Source: Guillardia theta CCMP2712
Lineage: Eukaryota > Protista > Cryptophyta
Assembly: GCF_000315625.1 (NCBI RefSeq)
Contig: NW_005434640.1
Coordinates: 132,270-196,269, forward strand
Length of the DNA stretch: 64,000 bases
Direction: 5' to 3'
Part shown: piece by piece, positions 61,001 through 64,000 of the stretch
How the letters are laid out: each line of letters begins with the position of its first letter
How positions within the stretch are numbered: position 1 is the stretch's first letter
Position numbers and translations under genes: made by a program
Notes under the pieces: generated by a model
The model's database searches: none
What the model was told of the DNA's origin: nothing
Seen by the model: only the letters and a program-made list of their open reading frames with translations

Positions 61001-64000
61001 GTTTGCAACCGCGTACACTCAAGATACCGTCAACTCGATTCTGTGCTGGAGGCAGGGGCCGTATGCTTACCGAGACATCTGGAACTCCCAGGGTAAGACC
61101 TTCCAAGCGAGCATCGCGACGTCAGTGGTGGAAGGGATGACACCGAGTGACTATATGACTGCCAACTTTGTCGTGGGGAAAACCACCAAACCTTTGTTTG
61201 CCTCCAATCAAGCGATCATGTTGACCGTCAAAGGTCAAAACCTGTTCTCATCAGCACTTTTTGTCAAACCCATTCGCTTGCCTCAAGGGTTTCAAACCTC
61301 TGCAACCTGTGCGACTGCTGCCAACTGCATTCCCAGCAGCCTCTGCGCTTCTTCAGATTCTCTCGATTTCTTTCCCACCTCGGTTGAGCCCCCTCAGTCT
61401 GGTACAGCCCTGCTGGTTTATGAGGTGAAGGAGACGGTCTTCGACGGTCCCATCGACCTCATGTTCTGCTGGAACTTCATGGCGTCAGGGAGCTACGGTC
61501 TTCCCTGGCGGGTCATTGGGACGTACCAGGAGATTTTCAACTCCCTGACGTTTCAGTTCGATTACTCTTTCCGCGTTCACATCCTCAGCATCAACGGGGC
61601 ATACCTGTCACAGCTCATCGTTCCTCCGACCATTATCTCCAACGTTCCCTTCAACCTGACCCTCCATGTTAATGGCATCCCCTGCGAACTCGGCGGTGAG
61701 AGCATGAAAGTGAAGGTCGTAGCTCGGGATGGATATCAGTCGAACTTCAGCGGAGCGATAGGAGGCGGTTGCTCCCTCAACTCGCTAGACGATTGGACCG
61801 GCGTCGTGACGGGAGGGCAGGGAATGGTGCCCAAGTGTGTGTCTACAGCAGACGGAAGAACGAGCTTATCGATGTTCGAGATGGATATGAACCTGATAGT
61901 CGATGGCTACACGTCTGTCGAGATATGCTGGTCCCCTGCCCAGGGAAACACGAGTTACATGAACGTCTTCTACCAGGATTTCAAGGGGTATGCTCTCTTG
62001 GATATTCTACCCTTCCAGCTCAACAAGGTCGAGCTGGACCTTGCCTCTTCTTCCTCTACTCCAGCTGTCGTCGTGCATGACATGGTCACGTTCCGCCTCT
62101 ACGGACGGGGACTGAAGAGAACGGGTGTCGGATCCTCGTTGTTTGCCCTTGCAGAGTCATGTGACAACATGACTAGCATCATACCCGGAGGGGAATCGAA
62201 ACCTCTTGACTGTATCTTGAACTCCTCACAAGCCTTGGTCACTTTCCGGCCCAAGACTTCATCTGCCAACGTGTATCTTTGCTACAAGGCTCCTCAGTCA
62301 GTGTTTCAGTGGGTTCAAGTGCTTGCAGGAACTGGTTTGTACTGCGCGCCCCCGCATTGCGCTGCTACTTCATGTGCCGCCGGGACCAACTACAATTTCC
62401 AACAATACCTGTGTGATGCGAGCTGTTGTGAACAGACCTGTATGAATGACAAGTCTTGTACCTACTACCAGACATTCCTGCAGCTGACTGGAGTCTATCT
62501 CAACTGCTCTACATCGTCACAATGTAACAAAGTCCTGACTTCGGTAAGACCCCCGGTGGTGAACAAGAAGCAGTTCCTTACCCAGTCCACGTGGGTGACT
62601 TCGCACGTGTCTGTCCCAATCTCTGCTCCTGATGTGAGATCGGTAACTCCTCAGACGCTGCCCAAGTTGCGGGCAAGGTCCTCCTTCGTCGTCAACCTCC
62701 AAGGGTCAGGATTCGCTCCAGAAAACCTTCAGGTACACATCAAAGTCTCCTCGTTCGCAACAGGCTGCAACAACCTCACTCTCTACAACGAGACGCTTGC
62801 CAAGTTCGACTTGCTCTTGAACCAGCGAGCCACAGCCTACGCCGAGATCGAGCACAGGCTCAACATGACTTACAACGGCACCTGCGCCAAGGGGATAGCC
62901 AACTGCCTCGGTGGACCAGCTCCTCCCGGCACCCCCTGCACCTCCGACGCCAACTGCCCCAACGGCATCTGCGACCAGCCCAACAACGGCATGACCTGCT
63001 TGCTTGACAGCCAGTGCAAGTACGCAGGCTTCTGCAACAACTCGCTCTACAACCTGTCGATATCGCCGCTGCCTGTGCCTCCTCCCTTCAGCATCCCCAA
63101 CAGGGCCTACGACTCCTTCGGGACCCTGCCCGGAGGAGGAGGCAGGTTTGTCAACGTCACCAACTTCAGCTTTGCCTTCTCGATCTTCAACATCAACTCA
63201 ACAGGAAGAGGGCTGATCTGTGTCGCCAGCCGAGACCCTATCCGAGAGGAGCAGTACGTCAAGAACGGCGTCATCGTGGACAGAAGGCTCATCGTGTCAA
63301 TGTTCACATACAAGGCATATTACAGCATAGATGTGCAAGGCCCTGTGATCTACAACGTGTTCCCCTCCCAGACGTTTCGATTCGTGACCACGAGGTTCAG
63401 TCTTGGAGGATACGGTCTGCACGAGACCGACAAGATTAAGATTGTGAGCAGAGCAGCTGGGTGTGGTGGGAATGACACCGACGGGGCTGTGCTGGGAGGT
63501 GAAGGCAGATTTCTCTCGTTTGTCAACCCACTGCGGACTGGTGCGACTTTGGTGTTCACCATCACGGAGCCCTGGAGCTCTCAGGTTGCGGACAACGAGT
63601 ACTTGCTCTGCTATCTTGCCGTCCTCCCGCAGGAAATCGTCTCTTACAGACAAGTTGGGCACTTGATTCTCTACAACAGCCCCCCGCTGATAGTTGGACT
63701 GTCGTCTTCACCACTCTTCTACTATCAGACCTCCGTCCTGACTGTCTCCGGCCTTGGGTTGGGAGCGGCAGAAAAGGTGAAACTGATCTCCGAGCATCTG
63801 ACCTGCTCGGGCTCCAACTCGGACGAGGCCAACTATGACCTCTACGGAGTGATCAACGGCAGTTGGCCGACCTTTCTCTCTTTCCGCGAGTACTCGTTCG
63901 ATGCCTTGACTGCCAACAACTTCTCAAACTTTGCCTACGTCGGCAAGGCTTTGGCTCACTTCTTGATCACGTCTGTGTCAGCCAACAGCTCCCGGTGCAA
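58099..64000 (+). CDS. Very large secreted/surface Cys-rich protein with repeated IPT/TIG-like modules (3' truncated by the window)
   Basis: Signal peptide MRKGALTALMAVMTLVSLMEVQG; small exons, then an apparently continuous frame ~59200-64000 (same frame at 59280, 59601 and 63990; presumably absent from the track because it has no stop). Repeats IQSVTP..LTVSGQNF, VRSVTP..VNLQGSGF, IYNVFP..LGGYGL; PAN-like CEQTCMNDKSC; CTSDANCPNGIC. Confidence 0.8.

Overview
Eukaryotic nuclear DNA, not prokaryotic. The window is gene-dense and GC-rich, with many tiny (~40-60 nt) GT-AG introns, intronic microsatellites and a 100-N scaffold gap. Its style and the signal-peptide+Phe plastid-targeting leaders point to a cryptophyte alga such as Guillardia theta (inference). 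After splicing by eye I read about 18 genes. In order: a ferlin, two small hypotheticals, a TOM1-like VHS-GAT protein (mostly missed by the ORF track), an A20-type OTU deubiquitinase, an intronless hypothetical, a collagen-repeat protein and a coiled-coil protein. Then a rhomboid-like protein, a PIP-kinase-like/PDZ/PH protein, a secreted EF-hand protein, a hybrid-cluster protein (hcp), a fungal-type AAA ATPase and a GT34-like glycosyltransferase. Last, an RSPH10B-like protein, another hypothetical, a plastid-targeted alpha/beta hydrolase, an organellar Ile-tRNA synthetase, a CS-SET-MYND protein and the 5' part of a very large secreted Cys-rich protein. Most notable observations: (i) a dispersed family of GC-rich, palindrome-packed intergenic islands; (ii) strand-oriented TACCCC-rich tracts upstream of genes; (iii) four proteins with intact folds but lost catalytic or Ca-ligand residues (rhomboid, PIP kinase, AAA, ferlin). 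No tRNA, rRNA, CRISPR array or transposase was recognised. Exon boundaries are manual and approximate.
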